A DNA stretch of 64,000 bases from an uncultured delta proteobacterium (lineage in GTDB: Bacteria; Desulfobacterota; Binatia; Binatales; Binataceae), in the NCBI GenBank assembly GCA_963711565.1, contig CAVQEQ010000003.1:224001-288000 (forward strand), read 5' to 3'. Position 1 is the stretch's first letter. Every line of letters starts with the position of its first letter. A program made the translations under genes and the position numbers. Positions 28,417 to 38,564 of the stretch are shown one piece after another. The notes under the pieces are model-generated. The model saw only the letters and a program-made list of their open reading frames with translations. It was not told the DNA's origin and ran no database searches.

Positions 28417-30500
28417 GCAAAATCGCCGACAGCGTTATCGAACTCTCTGGTCTCTCACGGTGTTACGACTTGGGAGAGATCTCGGTCATCGCGCTCAACG
28501 GTGTCTCATTGTCGATTGCGCGTGGCGAGTTCGTCGCGATTATGGGAGCTTCGGGCTCCGGAAAATCCACCCTGCTGAATCTCTTGGGATGCCTGGATCA
28601 AGCCACCTCCGGTTACTATCGACTCGAGGGCACCGATGTCGGAGGACTCGACGAGCCTTCACTTGCGCATGTGCGAAGTCTCAAGGTGGGCTTCGTGTTT
28701 CAGAGTTACAACCTGCTTTCCAGGACGACCGCGCTGGAAAATGTCGAGTTGCCGTTGGTCTATTCGGGCCGGCCATCCGACGGCCACGAGAGAGCCTCAA
28801 ACATGCTTCGCCTCATCGGACTCGGCGACCGCGCGCAACACTATCCGAACCAGCTATCCGGCGGCCAGCAACAGCGGGTGGCGATCGCGCGCGCCCTCGT
28901 CAACGATCCGGCCATCCTGCTCGCCGACGAGCCAACCGGAAACCTCGACTCGAAAAGCTCACTTGAGATCATTGCGATTATCCGCCGACTCAACCAGGAA
29001 CAGGGGCTTACGGTCGTTCTCGTAACGCATGAACCAGACATAGCATCCTTCGCGGATAGGATTATCACGCTGCGAGACGGCGTTATCCTCTCAGACGTTG
29101 ACAACCAACAGACCCGGCTCGCCGACTCCCATAGCCAACGCGTTCGCCCGGTATCCGATCGAAACTCGCGCCCGGAAATCGAGGCGATACGCGGCGGCGC
29201 CTTCGCGATGATGATGTTGCGGACCGCATGGATTGCGATCAATCGCAACCGGCTTCGATCGGCTCTTACCGTGCTCGGCATCCTGATCGGGGTGGCGGCG
29301 TTGATCGCGACGGTTACCGTCAGCCGCGAGGCGGGCCAGCATGTCCGCCAACAAATCGAGGGCTTGGGCACCAACCTTCTGATCGTCCTCCCGGGAGCCA
29401 CCACCTCGTCCGGCGCCAGCGGAGGATTCGGCAGCCGTTCGACATTAACGGTTGACGATGCCGACGCCGTAAGTGAGAACGCTCCGTCAGTTGAGTTCGT
29501 CACCTACAGCAATCGACAATCAGCGCAGGTCGTTTATCGAGACCGCAACTGGAACACTACGGTTGAAGGCGTAAGCGCAAGCTATTTGGCGGTGCGCGAT
29601 TGGTCGGTCGCTATCGGACGAAGTTTTCTAGCGCAGGAAGATTCGGCGGGAGCGCGTGTCGGCATTCTCGGCCAGACGGTGGCAAAGACGCTGTTCGACG
29701 ATGCCGATCCGATTGGCTCGACCGTCCGGATCGGCGGGATACCGATCGAAGTGGTCGGCGTACTCACGCCCAAAGGACGTACCGGATTCGGCCAGGATCA
29801 GGATGACATCGTCCTTGTGCCCTTCAACACCGCGCAAGACCGAATTACCGGTGTGACCGCGCCGACCTCGACGGTGTCAAACAGCAATCCGATCTTTAAT
29901 GCGTCCTCGAATCCTCTCGGCGTCGGGCGAAAAATTGCGGGAATTGTCGGAACCATCTTTGTCAAGAGCCGCAGCCCCGAACTAAGCGGTCAGGCGATGT
30001 CGGAGGTAGAGCAGATTCTTCGCCGTCGTCATCGCCGGCCGCAAGATCAGGCCGACGACTTTACCGTAAGGAACATCAACGACCTGCTCAATGTCGCTCA
30101 AAGCACGACGCGCTCGTTATCTTTGCTGCTCGCTTCGGTTGCCGCCATTTCGCTCGCGGTCGGAGGCATCGGCATCATGAATATATTGCTGGTATCGATC
30201 AGCGAACGAACGCGCGAGATCGGCATTCGGATGGCGATCGGGGCCACTCGAATTCATATACTTTCGCAATTTTTGCTCGAAGCCGTTGCGCTCAGCGCTG
30301 TCGGAGGCAGCGCCGGGATCGTCGTGGGCCTGGGCATTTCTCTGGTTGCGTCCGCTATCGCAGGTTGGTCGATCTCGATTTCATTCACCGCGATCATGGT
30401 CGGGTTTCTTTTTTCCGTGATCATCGGGATTTTCTTCGGCTACTACCCCGCGCTGAAGGCTTCGAGACTTAACGTCATCGATGCTCTCCGCTTCGAGTAG
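28413..30500 (+). CDS. MacB-like ABC transporter, ATPase + permease fusion
   Basis: GASGSGKS, LSGGQQQRVAIARAL, ADEPTGNLD, GGIGIMNI...ERTREIGIRMAIGA; GTG start overlapping macA. Confidence 0.95.
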   Translation: MSKIADSVIELSGLSRCYDLGEISVIALNGVSLSIARGEFVAIMGASGSGKSTLLNLLGCLDQATSGYYRLEGTDVGGLDEPSLAHVRSLKVGFVFQSYNLLSRTTALENVELPLVYSGRPSDGHERASNMLRLIGLGDRAQHYPNQLSGGQQQRVAIARALVNDPAILLADEPTGNLDSKSSLEIIAIIRRLNQEQGLTVVLVTHEPDIASFADRIITLRDGVILSDVDNQQTRLADSHSQRVRPVSDRNSRPEIEAIRGGAFAMMMLRTAWIAINRNRLRSALTVLGILIGVAALIATVTVSREAGQHVRQQIEGLGTNLLIVLPGATTSSGASGGFGSRSTLTVDDADAVSENAPSVEFVTYSNRQSAQVVYRDRNWNTTVEGVSASYLAVRDWSVAIGRSFLAQEDSAGARVGILGQTVAKTLFDDADPIGSTVRIGGIPIEVVGVLTPKGRTGFGQDQDDIVLVPFNTAQDRITGVTAPTSTVSNSNPIFNASSNPLGVGRKIAGIVGTIFVKSRSPELSGQAMSEVEQILRRRHRRPQDQADDFTVRNINDLLNVAQSTTRSLSLLLASVAAISLAVGGIGIMNILLVSISERTREIGIRMAIGATRIHILSQFLLEAVALSAVGGSAGIVVGLGISLVASAIAGWSISISFTAIMVGFLFSVIIGIFFGYYPALKASRLNVIDALRFE

Positions 30501-30507
30501 CGGAAAC

Positions 30508-31119
30508 TCAGGGAGCGGCGGGCGGGGGCAGTACTTTTTCGAGTTTAAAACTGGGTGGCGGCGTTTCGTCAACCAGAGTGATTAACTTGTTCCGCCGATC
30601 GATCAATAAGTCCTTGAGTTGCTTCTGCTGGTTGTCATCGAGACTGAGATCCTCGGTGAAATGTTCCAGCAACGGCCGGTAGATCACCATCGAGACGAAG
30701 ACAGGACCCATTATCGGACCACAGCCGGGCAGTGGATCGGGAAGGTTCGCGATGCGAGCCTTGATGACATCGAATTTACGTTTCTGCTCAGAATTTAGTA
30801 TCGTTTCGAAGGAACTCCTGAATTGCTGCTCGATCGCATCGACGCTCTTTCGAAAAGCCTCGACTTGGGGTTCGAGCATCGCGATCCTTTTGCGAATCTC
30901 CTCCGCACCTGGAGGCGGCTCATTATGTGAATTCTGTATCCAGGGTGGAAGCGCCGGAGGAGGGCCTGGGAACCCGGGAAGCGATTGCCCGCCGAATTCG
31001 CTCATCGGCCCAAACGGCGGCGGCGGCATTGGCCGCACCTTCTGTGTCCAGATTCCGACGAGAAGTCCCGACAGAAACAGGGCAACCGTTATCAGGATGA
31101 CCCGAAGGTTGTCCCTCAT
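30508..31119 (-). CDS. membrane-anchored periplasmic helical protein (ECF triad member)
   Basis: N-terminal TM, Pro-rich linker, L..EQ/L...QQ repeats. Confidence 0.7.
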   Translation of the reverse strand: MRDNLRVILITVALFLSGLLVGIWTQKVRPMPPPPFGPMSEFGGQSLPGFPGPPPALPPWIQNSHNEPPPGAEEIRKRIAMLEPQVEAFRKSVDAIEQQFRSSFETILNSEQKRKFDVIKARIANLPDPLPGCGPIMGPVFVSMVIYRPLLEHFTEDLSLDDNQQKQLKDLLIDRRNKLITLVDETPPPSFKLEKVLPPPAAP

Positions 31120-31382
31120 ATTGCCTCCTCGAGCGCCTGGATCTGGGCAGTCACCTGCGTCCACGCTGCGAGACTCTGTTTCTCAGCCGATTGGGTCTTT
31201 AGCCAATGGAACGATACCGTTGTGACTACACATAGCGTCCCGGTTATCACCATCAATCTGAGTTGTCCTAATACGTAGCGCCGCTTCTTGGCGTCTTCTA
31301 CGACCCGCCTCGCAAAATCCGGCGGCAGACGAAGCCCAGCCTGACGTTGAAGATGCTGCATGTAGCGTGAGCTAATCTTCAT
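31116..31382 (-). CDS. putative anti-sigma factor
   Basis: LPPDFARRV motif followed by a single TM; overlaps the sigma gene. Confidence 0.7.
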   Translation of the reverse strand: MKISSRYMQHLQRQAGLRLPPDFARRVVEDAKKRRYVLGQLRLMVITGTLCVVTTVSFHWLKTQSAEKQSLAAWTQVTAQIQALEEAI

Positions 31383-31920
31383 CGGTCTCCCTCCCTCGAA
31401 GAAATTCTCTCGCTCTGAACAGCCGTGACTTTACTGAACTTACGGTGCTGTTTGTGATTTCTGCCAGCTGCTCGTAAGACCAATCGTTTTCGGCGAGCAG
31501 CAGGATCAGCTCCTTCTGCGCGCGTGGCAGACCCTCGACCGCAACTCGAAAGGCGTCCAAACGACTGTCCAGATGGTGTCCCGGCGTCGTTACTGGTTCG
31601 TGCTTGAGCTCAAAGGGCACAAACAGCCGGCGCACCCGTTCTTTCCGAAAGTGATCGTTGCAGACGTTCCGCGCGATTTGGAACAGCCACGGTTCGAAAC
31701 TGTTGGCATCTCGGAGTCTGGGTAAACCTGAAATCATTTTGAGAAAGGCGTTGTGACAGACATCCTCAATTGCGTCACTCTTGCCGATCAGAGAGTAGAC
31801 GAGCCCGGCGATCCTATCCTGGAACCGGCGGACGAGCGCCTCCATAGCCGCTTCAGACCCATCCTGAGCTCGGCGTACCAAGGCGGCCAAGTTTTCCTGG
31901 TCAGGATTGGTCTTCGTCAC
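31372..31920 (-). CDS. ECF sigma-70 factor (ECF2)
   Basis: LVRRAQDG...FEPWLFQIARN...SYEQLAEI...VKSRLFRAR. Confidence 0.93.
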   Translation of the reverse strand: MTKTNPDQENLAALVRRAQDGSEAAMEALVRRFQDRIAGLVYSLIGKSDAIEDVCHNAFLKMISGLPRLRDANSFEPWLFQIARNVCNDHFRKERVRRLFVPFELKHEPVTTPGHHLDSRLDAFRVAVEGLPRAQKELILLLAENDWSYEQLAEITNSTVSSVKSRLFRAREFLRGRETDED

Positions 31921-31938
31921 CCATCTCTCTGTTTCTTA

Positions 31939-31966
31939 AGACGGAATTACGAGGCAAAAGTTGCGC
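31939..31966 (-). promoter_or_regulatory. autoregulatory ECF promoter of ECF2
   Basis: GCGCAACTTT-N13-CGTCT, about 18 nt upstream of the start codon. Confidence 0.75.
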
Positions 31967-32227
31967 TAGATTTCCCAATCATTGCGAAGCCAATCGGGAC
32001 GGACGGCCCGTTTTGAGACGCGGGGACGGCGCGCCGATGCACGTTCCGGCGCGCCGCCCGCGCTCCGCGGCGTAAAAGGGGGGTCCAAACGGCCGCGAAG
32101 ACTATAAGCTTTGCGTTCGAGAGCTCGTGATAAACTCTCTTCAGGTAGGACGATTCATTCGGGTAAAAGTTGCGCTGCGCTGGAAAGCGATTAGATCCGA
32201 TTGGTGTCCGGCGGCTTTACAATAGCT

Positions 32228-32336
32228 CCGCTTCCCGTCCTCGGGCAGGGCGTTAATTCCGTCTTCGTGTCCCAAATGAAAAGGGGGAATTTTTCCCCGG
32301 CCTCTCAAAAAAGAGTGGAGGCCGGAAAACAAAATA
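32228..32336. repeat. dispersed ~110-bp repeat, copy 2
   Basis: Direct repeat of 15124-15237. Confidence 0.9.
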
Positions 32337-32650
32337 CCGAGGACGGCTTGCGCGGATCAGCGACAAGATTGAGCACTCGCGGATAACTAAGGGCGCTCTG
32401 GGTGATGCTATCCGCCGGCGGATGATGCAGGACGGCGTCATCTCCCTTGAAAGAAACATGTATTTCCTCAACCCCGACGCGCTTGGGCGAATTGTCGGGG
32501 AGACTTATCAGGATTTGAAGCTAAAACGGTTCAACGACAGGGTGCGCCAATATGTTTCGTACATTGCCGCATAGTTTCCAATAGGCGAAATGTTGAGGGG
32601 CAAAGTTCCTGAAGACTGATAACTAGTTGAAATCTCGCGAAGGTGTGCCA

Positions 32651-33082
32651 ATGCTGAGGGAGCGCTATGGCTTTTCTGAGGATGAGTGGCAATCGCTGAA
32701 GGAGCTGCTAAGGCGCATTTTGGTCGAGAGGGTCCGTTCGGACAACCTGATGATTGCCTATTCGGAGTTGATTCAGGTTGCGGTTTCTCAACTCGAGCGC
32801 CGACCGACGCTATCCGCAAAGACCAGAGACATACTGACGCCGGAGTCCTATGGGCTCGGGGCGATGTTGGGAGAGATCTCGACCGATTCATGCAGCGCTT
32901 CTCCGGACCACGGAATGCTGTCGGTGATAGTCGTGCATAAGCACGGAGACTCGCGCCCAGGGAAGGGCTTTTTCGAGTGCGCGGAGAACCTCGGGCGTCT
33001 ATCACGCGCGGCATCAAACGATGAGAAAGAGGCGCTTTGGGTCAGACAGTTGCGTCTGGTGCAAAGCAGTTGCCACGGATAA
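32651..33082 (+). CDS. hypothetical protein (possible winged-helix)
   Basis: IAYSEL...LGEIS...MLSVIVVHK....PGKGFF, a conserved-looking pattern. Confidence 0.7.
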   Translation: MLRERYGFSEDEWQSLKELLRRILVERVRSDNLMIAYSELIQVAVSQLERRPTLSAKTRDILTPESYGLGAMLGEISTDSCSASPDHGMLSVIVVHKHGDSRPGKGFFECAENLGRLSRAASNDEKEALWVRQLRLVQSSCHG

Positions 33083-33086
33083 ACAA

Positions 33087-33368
33087 CTAGTCTCCCTGCT
33101 GCGCGCGATACGCTTCGAAGGATCGCACAAGCAGTTCAATGAGCTTAAGGTCGTGGCGGGCGGCGTAGGTCTTGAACGAGCGCCGAAAATCGGCAGATAT
33201 CCGGAAATTGAGCGGCTTGAGCGTTGCGTGCCCTGCCCTTTCCTCTCGCTGCTGCGGTGCGACGGTTTGCGGAGGCGCAACGCCGGTGCGTGGCGGCATG
33301 TCGATAGCGGGAGCCGCCTTGCCTTTGACAGCGACCAGTCCGGCGGAGAGCTGGGGCCTGTTGTTCAT
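33087..33368 (-). CDS. ribbon-helix-helix partition partner (ParB/ParG-like)
   Basis: PLNFRISADFRRSFKTYAA; overlaps the parA stop. Confidence 0.8.
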   Translation of the reverse strand: MNNRPQLSAGLVAVKGKAAPAIDMPPRTGVAPPQTVAPQQREERAGHATLKPLNFRISADFRRSFKTYAARHDLKLIELLVRSFEAYRAQQGD

Positions 33369-34015
33369 TGCTGTTCTTCCTTTCGTGCTTTCGTGCTTTT
33401 TGACAAGAGGCCATGGAGGAAGGCCCAGAGTGCGATCATTTCCTCGGCGCTGCGCCCTTTCGCATCGGTCTCCTGGACCGTCCGGCCATCGATCATGGAA
33501 CCGGCATAATCGACGCGGTCGTGCACGACCGCTTGGGCCACGGCACCATGCGCAGACAGTGCTGCGACGGCCTGAACGGTGAGGCGCGCGTTTGGTTTCG
33601 CTTGGGTAACGACGAACACGAAGGGTTTTTCCTCTGCGCGCACGAGGTCGACAGTGCTCCCGACGGCACGAAGGTCGTGCGGACTCGGCCGGGTCGGAAT
33701 GAGAACAAGGTCGGCCGTTGCGACGACGGCCCGGATGGCGTCGGTGATGGCCGGTGGCGTGTCTATCACGGCGACCGCATAGCCGGCTGTCTTCAGGCCT
33801 GCGAGCTTTCCAGGAAGCTCCGCAATCATTGTGGACGCCAATGAGGGAGATTCGTGCTCGCGGACGTTCCACCAAGCAGATAGTGAACCTTGCGGATCAG
33901 TGTCGATCAGCACGGCACGTCCGATACCTGCCGCCTCGGCGGCGATTGCCAAATGCGCGGCGAGTGTGGTCTTCCCTGCCCCGCCCTTCTGGCTTGCGAG
34001 CACAAGAACGTGCAT
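33365..34015 (-). CDS. parA: ParA family ATPase (short type Ib)
   Basis: KGGAGKTT, DTDPQGS, IDTPP. Confidence 0.95.
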   Translation of the reverse strand: MHVLVLASQKGGAGKTTLAAHLAIAAEAAGIGRAVLIDTDPQGSLSAWWNVREHESPSLASTMIAELPGKLAGLKTAGYAVAVIDTPPAITDAIRAVVATADLVLIPTRPSPHDLRAVGSTVDLVRAEEKPFVFVVTQAKPNARLTVQAVAALSAHGAVAQAVVHDRVDYAGSMIDGRTVQETDAKGRSAEEMIALWAFLHGLLSKSTKARKEEQQ

Positions 34016-34063
34016 TCTGCCTCCCTGCTTTTTGTGATTCCGTGTTTTTCAACAATACAGGGG

Positions 34064-34438
34064 GCACGAAAACCCGCAAGCACGAACTCTGCTCTTTCGT
34101 GCAAGAAAGAAAGCGTGGTCATACGTAGTTGCTACCGAGGCCGAGAGCCACTGAATATTTTGATTGTCGTTACAAGAACGCAAGAACGATTTTTGTCTTT
34201 TGTGTTTTCGTGCTTGCACGCAATTTGACTATCGGCATGCGAATCAGCGAGACGGGTGTGGTTTAGGTGGGAGGATGGTTGTGTAGACGATGTGCGTCGT
34301 CGAGCCTGTAGGTGGAAGGGCTAGGATGCCTGAAGCAGTCAGCGTCACCTGACCGATCGGCGGACGACGTGCAGGTCAATGACTAGCGATGCTGCTCCTT
34401 GCAAGTCCGGAAATTTTCGTGCTTTCGTGCTATCGTGC
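34064..34438. repeat. TTTCGTGC/GCACGAAA octamer cluster, putative parS/operator
   Basis: Copies at 34064, 34080, 34095, 34206 and a tandem triplet at 34415-34438; also twice at 33381-33396. Confidence 0.7.
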
Positions 34439-34579
34439 TGCCTTCTTTGGCTCGTCGATAGATAGACTGAGCAGCGCGAACAGCTCCACATCGATAAGTG
34501 TCTTTTTCAATTTCCCCCTTCGCAAACAATGACTTCCGTGCAATTGTGGCAAGGAGTGGCTCACGTCCGAATCTTTCTG

Positions 34580-34608
34580 GTGTCCGATAAGTATCAATTA
34601 TCGGACAC
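34580..34608. other. palindromic recombination-site-like sequence
   Basis: GTGTCCGATAA-GTATCAA-TTATCGGACAC: 11-bp arms and an asymmetric 7-bp spacer. Confidence 0.6.
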
Positions 34609-34737
34609 GGTAATTCTGGTTACGTAACAAAAGAAAAAGGGGAATTTCATGTCCGATGGCGAGGCAAAGGGGCGGGAGTAATGACAGGCGCAGCTGCGAC
34701 TACCGGTTTCTTTCCGTAAAGCAGTGGAAAGCCGGTC

Positions 34738-35091
34738 TCAGGGAGCGGGGACCGGCGGTTGAGTACGCCCTATTTTCACACCAGGAATGCTTGAAAGGTC
34801 ATAGTGATACCACTCTTCTTTCACAAAATTACCGTCGATGTAATAAGATTCGAGGGTTGTGGGCCAAGGGGCACGGAAACGGTGGATGAAAGCCGGACCG
34901 TCCGTGCAATGGAGTGTGCCGCCATGATTGCTGATCCAATTGGCTAAATCTTCGGCGGTCGGATTGGCAGTTTGAGTCAACCAATCATCCGCGCGGCGAA
35001 AGGTCTTTTCGGAGACCTTATAGGTGGCGGTAATGTCATGACGATTGTTTTTGTATGTTTCGTAGCTGTAACTCAGAGTAATCTGTCTCAT
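34738..35091 (-). CDS. hypothetical protein
   Basis: GGAG RBS; contains an LH.TDGPA motif. Confidence 0.55.
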   Translation of the reverse strand: MRQITLSYSYETYKNNRHDITATYKVSEKTFRRADDWLTQTANPTAEDLANWISNHGGTLHCTDGPAFIHRFRAPWPTTLESYYIDGNFVKEEWYHYDLSSIPGVKIGRTQPPVPAP

Positions 35092-35312
35092 TTGTTTCTC
35101 CTTGCTAACTGCCGGTTGCGCTGTGCGATACTTCCTGTAACGAACCTAACAGTAACACGCGAAGTTGAAAGTAATTAGAACTTTTTTGAGTATCGATGCG
35201 TTTGGGTGAGACGCTAAAATGAGTCGAGCCTTGATATTTCAAAGGGTTATGACCAAAAAACACAGCCCGTAGGCACGGATATTTTCTGGCACGCGCGGTC
35301 GGCATCACGTTC

Positions 35313-36260
35313 CTACCCGCGCGCCGTTCGAGCACCTTGGCTGGCAACGGTTGTCCGACCCAATCCAAGCCGCGCCGCCTGTCGCAACAGGTTGATGACC
35401 GATGAGTGATGCCAGCGCGTACCGCCGCTTGGAGTCCGCTCGTGCATGGATTGCAGTTGGGATGCAATCTGCTGCAGCGTCAGGTTTGGGGCGGCGGCGG
35501 CAATACCTGCCACCAGCACAATCAGGCGCTCGTTAGCTTTTCGTCGTGGAGACCGGTCCATCAGGCCTCGCTCCACTATTCCTTCCGCCACCAATCGCCG
35601 AACCGTCCGCCGCAGACGCTCTGTTGTCCAGCAAATCTTGCCAGTCGAGTTCAGCACGCGAACGACATCACCCCAAGGTCTGCCCGGCCTGAGCCGGCGG
35701 ACCGCAGGCAGCCACTCGTCGAGGTGAGCCAGGACTCCATCCAGATGCACCTTGTTTCGAGCGTGACTGGCCGCTCGAATGGCCTCCGGGTCTCGCGCAC
35801 GCAGACCGGGGTTGCCGCCGAGGCGTCCGCGCGCCCGTGCTGATTTAAGTCCCGCCTTGGTACGTTCGGAGATCAGAGCGCGCTCCAGTTGGGCCACGGC
35901 ACCCAGAACCTGGAGCGAAAACATTCCCTGCGGGGTTGTGGTATCGATGGGATCTCGTAGAGAACGAAAATGCGCGCCCTTTTGTTCCAGCTGCTCAATC
36001 ACTTGTAAGAGGTGAGTCACCGAGCGAGCTAACCGGTCAAGACGTACAACCACCAGAGTATCGCCTGGCTCGATGTCAAGCAGGAGTTGGGCAAGGACAG
36101 GACGGCCTCGGTCCGCGCCGGAGGCGTGCTCCTCGTGGATTGTCTCACAGCCGATGGAGCGCAATTCGTCGAGCTGTGGGTCGGTTCCTTGCTCTTCCGT
36201 TGAGACGCGGGCATAGCCAACAAGTCGCCCACCGGCGTGTTTTTTCGTGATGCTGACCAT
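35313..36260 (-). CDS. serine recombinase (resolvase family) with extended C-terminus
   Basis: GYARVST, RLDRLARS, ERALISERTKAGL. Confidence 0.95.
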   Translation of the reverse strand: MVSITKKHAGGRLVGYARVSTEEQGTDPQLDELRSIGCETIHEEHASGADRGRPVLAQLLLDIEPGDTLVVVRLDRLARSVTHLLQVIEQLEQKGAHFRSLRDPIDTTTPQGMFSLQVLGAVAQLERALISERTKAGLKSARARGRLGGNPGLRARDPEAIRAASHARNKVHLDGVLAHLDEWLPAVRRLRPGRPWGDVVRVLNSTGKICWTTERLRRTVRRLVAEGIVERGLMDRSPRRKANERLIVLVAGIAAAAPNLTLQQIASQLQSMHERTPSGGTRWHHSSVINLLRQAARLGLGRTTVASQGARTARG

Positions 36261-36604
36261 TGCTTCGACGAATCTCTGAATTGCAGGAGATTTTACAATC
36301 TAAAAGGTTAAGTCCAAACCATCGTTTGCAGAAGTGGCTAAATCATTTCAGTCGCGCCAAAAGACCGGCTGGCACAGCGGTCGGCGATGGTGAACGGCAT
36401 CAGTGGCCGGGGCGGGGAGAGCGCAGTGAGACCCAGAAAGAAAATGCTGCTGAAACCTGCTTCCCATGCGAAAGAAAACCCCTGTGCTCTTTTCATCTTG
36501 GAAGTTAACCTGTTGTCATAGCTTGTATCTCTCAAAGAACCATGGAAGCCCATGAGTGGCCTTCCTGACGAAGCTGAAGAACCATGGTGGGAACCGGTGT
36601 CGGC

Positions 36605-36719
36605 AGGCACTAATTCATGCAAAAGCCTTCTGCGGAAGGCCATGCTTGAAGTAAGAGGCACTAAATGATGCAAATAAGGAGCACTTAATCGTGCAAAAAA
36701 AGGCACTCAATCATGCAAA
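36605..36719. repeat. four imperfect 19-bp repeats at the start of the HTH gene
   Basis: AGGCACTAATTCATGCAAA-like copies at 36605, 36656, 36679 and 36701. Confidence 0.75.
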
Positions 36720-37776
36720 CAAATTCTTGCCGAGCCCGGGTTCCGCTCGCGAGCAACCTCTCCTTCCTAAAGCCGCGCGGTCTGCCGGGACTGACCTGTA
36801 CCATCCACTCTTGTTCCCATTATCTCAGGCACAGAACGGTATCGCGCGACTCGGGGCATCGGTTGCAACAGCTTCGGCCGCCGTCGCCGAAGGGATTCGC
36901 GCCAGAACCGCCTATTGCGAGGCTGCGGGCTGGCTTGCCCACGTAAGCACCTGGATTCATCCGAACGATCTGGCCCTGCGCGACTCGGGCTTAACGGGAT
37001 CTTATCTGGCCGCAGCGCCGAGCGGTGTGCTGCAAACCCACCTGCCGTCAATGGCGCCCATGGACACTACGCCAGAACTTCTGTTTTTAGAGCAGAATAT
37101 TGCTGCCGCGCTGCGCTTTGCCCTGCACTGGCGCCGGCTGGCCGAATTCAAAACCTGGCGTCCCTTGGCGGATGCGGCGGCCGTGCGGGAGACGGTCGGC
37201 TCTCTCGCATGCACGCGCGACCCCATGCGGGACACCGATATCGAGGCTTGGCTCGCACCGGTTCTCGGGCGTCACGAAGTTCCCGAACTCATTTCGGCGG
37301 GGCGGGCGGCGCGCGACTGGATGAATATGCACATTGAGTCTGATCCGCTGGCCATAGACGGCACATTTCTCGCTGCGTGCGTCTGGCGGGAAAAAGGTTT
37401 CGGTCGCTCGATCAGTCTGCCTTTCTGGTCCGCCACGGCTTACCGGCACCATCGCCTGACTTCGGCCGTAGGTATCCCGTGGCTTGTCGGCTTCCTCGAA
37501 TGCGTCGCCGAAGCCACTCAGGCAGCTCGCTCTGAACTGGATAGACTCCGGCGTACCGAAGAGAGGGCAGGAGCCCTCACGCGCAGCGCGCGGTCACATT
37601 TGCCCGAAGCGATTGACGCCGTGATCCGGGCGCCCATTATCACAGCGCGCAGCCTCGCAAAACGCTTGGCCATCACGCACCAGGCCGCCCTTGGGCTGCT
37701 CAAGCAATTGGTCGAAGCAGATATTATTAAGGAAGCGACGGGCCGCAGCGCCTGGCGCGCATACGTCATAACATGA
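36691..37776 (+). CDS. DUF1612/RHE_PE00001-like protein with C-terminal HTH
   Basis: EAAGWLAH....IHP.DLALRD; C-terminal LAKRLAITHQAAL...EATGRSAWRAY; divergent from the resolvase. Confidence 0.75.
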   Translation: MQKKALNHANKFLPSPGSAREQPLLPKAARSAGTDLYHPLLFPLSQAQNGIARLGASVATASAAVAEGIRARTAYCEAAGWLAHVSTWIHPNDLALRDSGLTGSYLAAAPSGVLQTHLPSMAPMDTTPELLFLEQNIAAALRFALHWRRLAEFKTWRPLADAAAVRETVGSLACTRDPMRDTDIEAWLAPVLGRHEVPELISAGRAARDWMNMHIESDPLAIDGTFLAACVWREKGFGRSISLPFWSATAYRHHRLTSAVGIPWLVGFLECVAEATQAARSELDRLRRTEERAGALTRSARSHLPEAIDAVIRAPIITARSLAKRLAITHQAALGLLKQLVEADIIKEATGRSAWRAYVIT

Positions 37777-38207
37777 TTGTCGGCAGGGAGAAGGCCAACT
37801 AGCGGGGAATTTCACATCAGGACGAGTGTCGCTCGCACGACTTAGTGCTGTTTTGTCTCATCTCTCAATGCCATTTGTCTCATAGCTTGATGCCGAGCTT
37901 AGCGGAAACACCCAGCCTGTCTTAGGGATTCTGAAAAACAGTCGAGCGTCAAAATAACGGCCTCGTGACAGGTTCACCGAGCCGCGGGCTGACATTTCTC
38001 CTTGTCGCCCGAGGGACTACGATGTTAATCCTATGGCGAAGTCGGCTATTGCCGATGCTCTGACCGGACGGTGCTTGATGAATCTTCGCAGAAGTCTTCG
38101 AAAAGTGGTCGAACGGAATCTTTTGGAAACGGGCGGTCAAGCGGATTGAGCGCGCGCGTAACTTTGCGGTCGCTATTAGTCATAACGACGTTGAACGCGT
38201 TCGGCAG

Positions 38208-38564
38208 ATGCTTGCCGAGGGAATCGATCCTAACCAGGTCTTCAACCCGCGAGATGGCGAGCGTCCGTTGCATATCGCAGCTGGTTGGGCAGGGCCGGAG
38301 ATGATAGATATTCTGGTCGCCGCAGGGGCAGATCCGCTTGTGGGGAGGCGCGTCGCGCTTTCGTCCTTGGCTCCGTCCGGATTTGCCAGACTGATGAACC
38401 GTCCAGCGAATGCAGACTATCTGGAAAAGATTGAGGAGAAGTATCGGCAGAGTATGATCGCAGCGGGCAAAAGCCCCACGACATTCGACAAGGAGGTCCG
38501 TACACTATGCCAGCTCCGGCGCTCACTCCGCACGACATTATCGAGGCCACCGGTGCCTTACTGA
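38208..38564 (+). pseudogene. ankyrin-repeat fragment
   Basis: GERPLHIAAG...DILVAAGADP; homology seems to extend upstream of the ATG to an in-frame stop, and the 3' end overlaps the next ORF. Confidence 0.5.
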
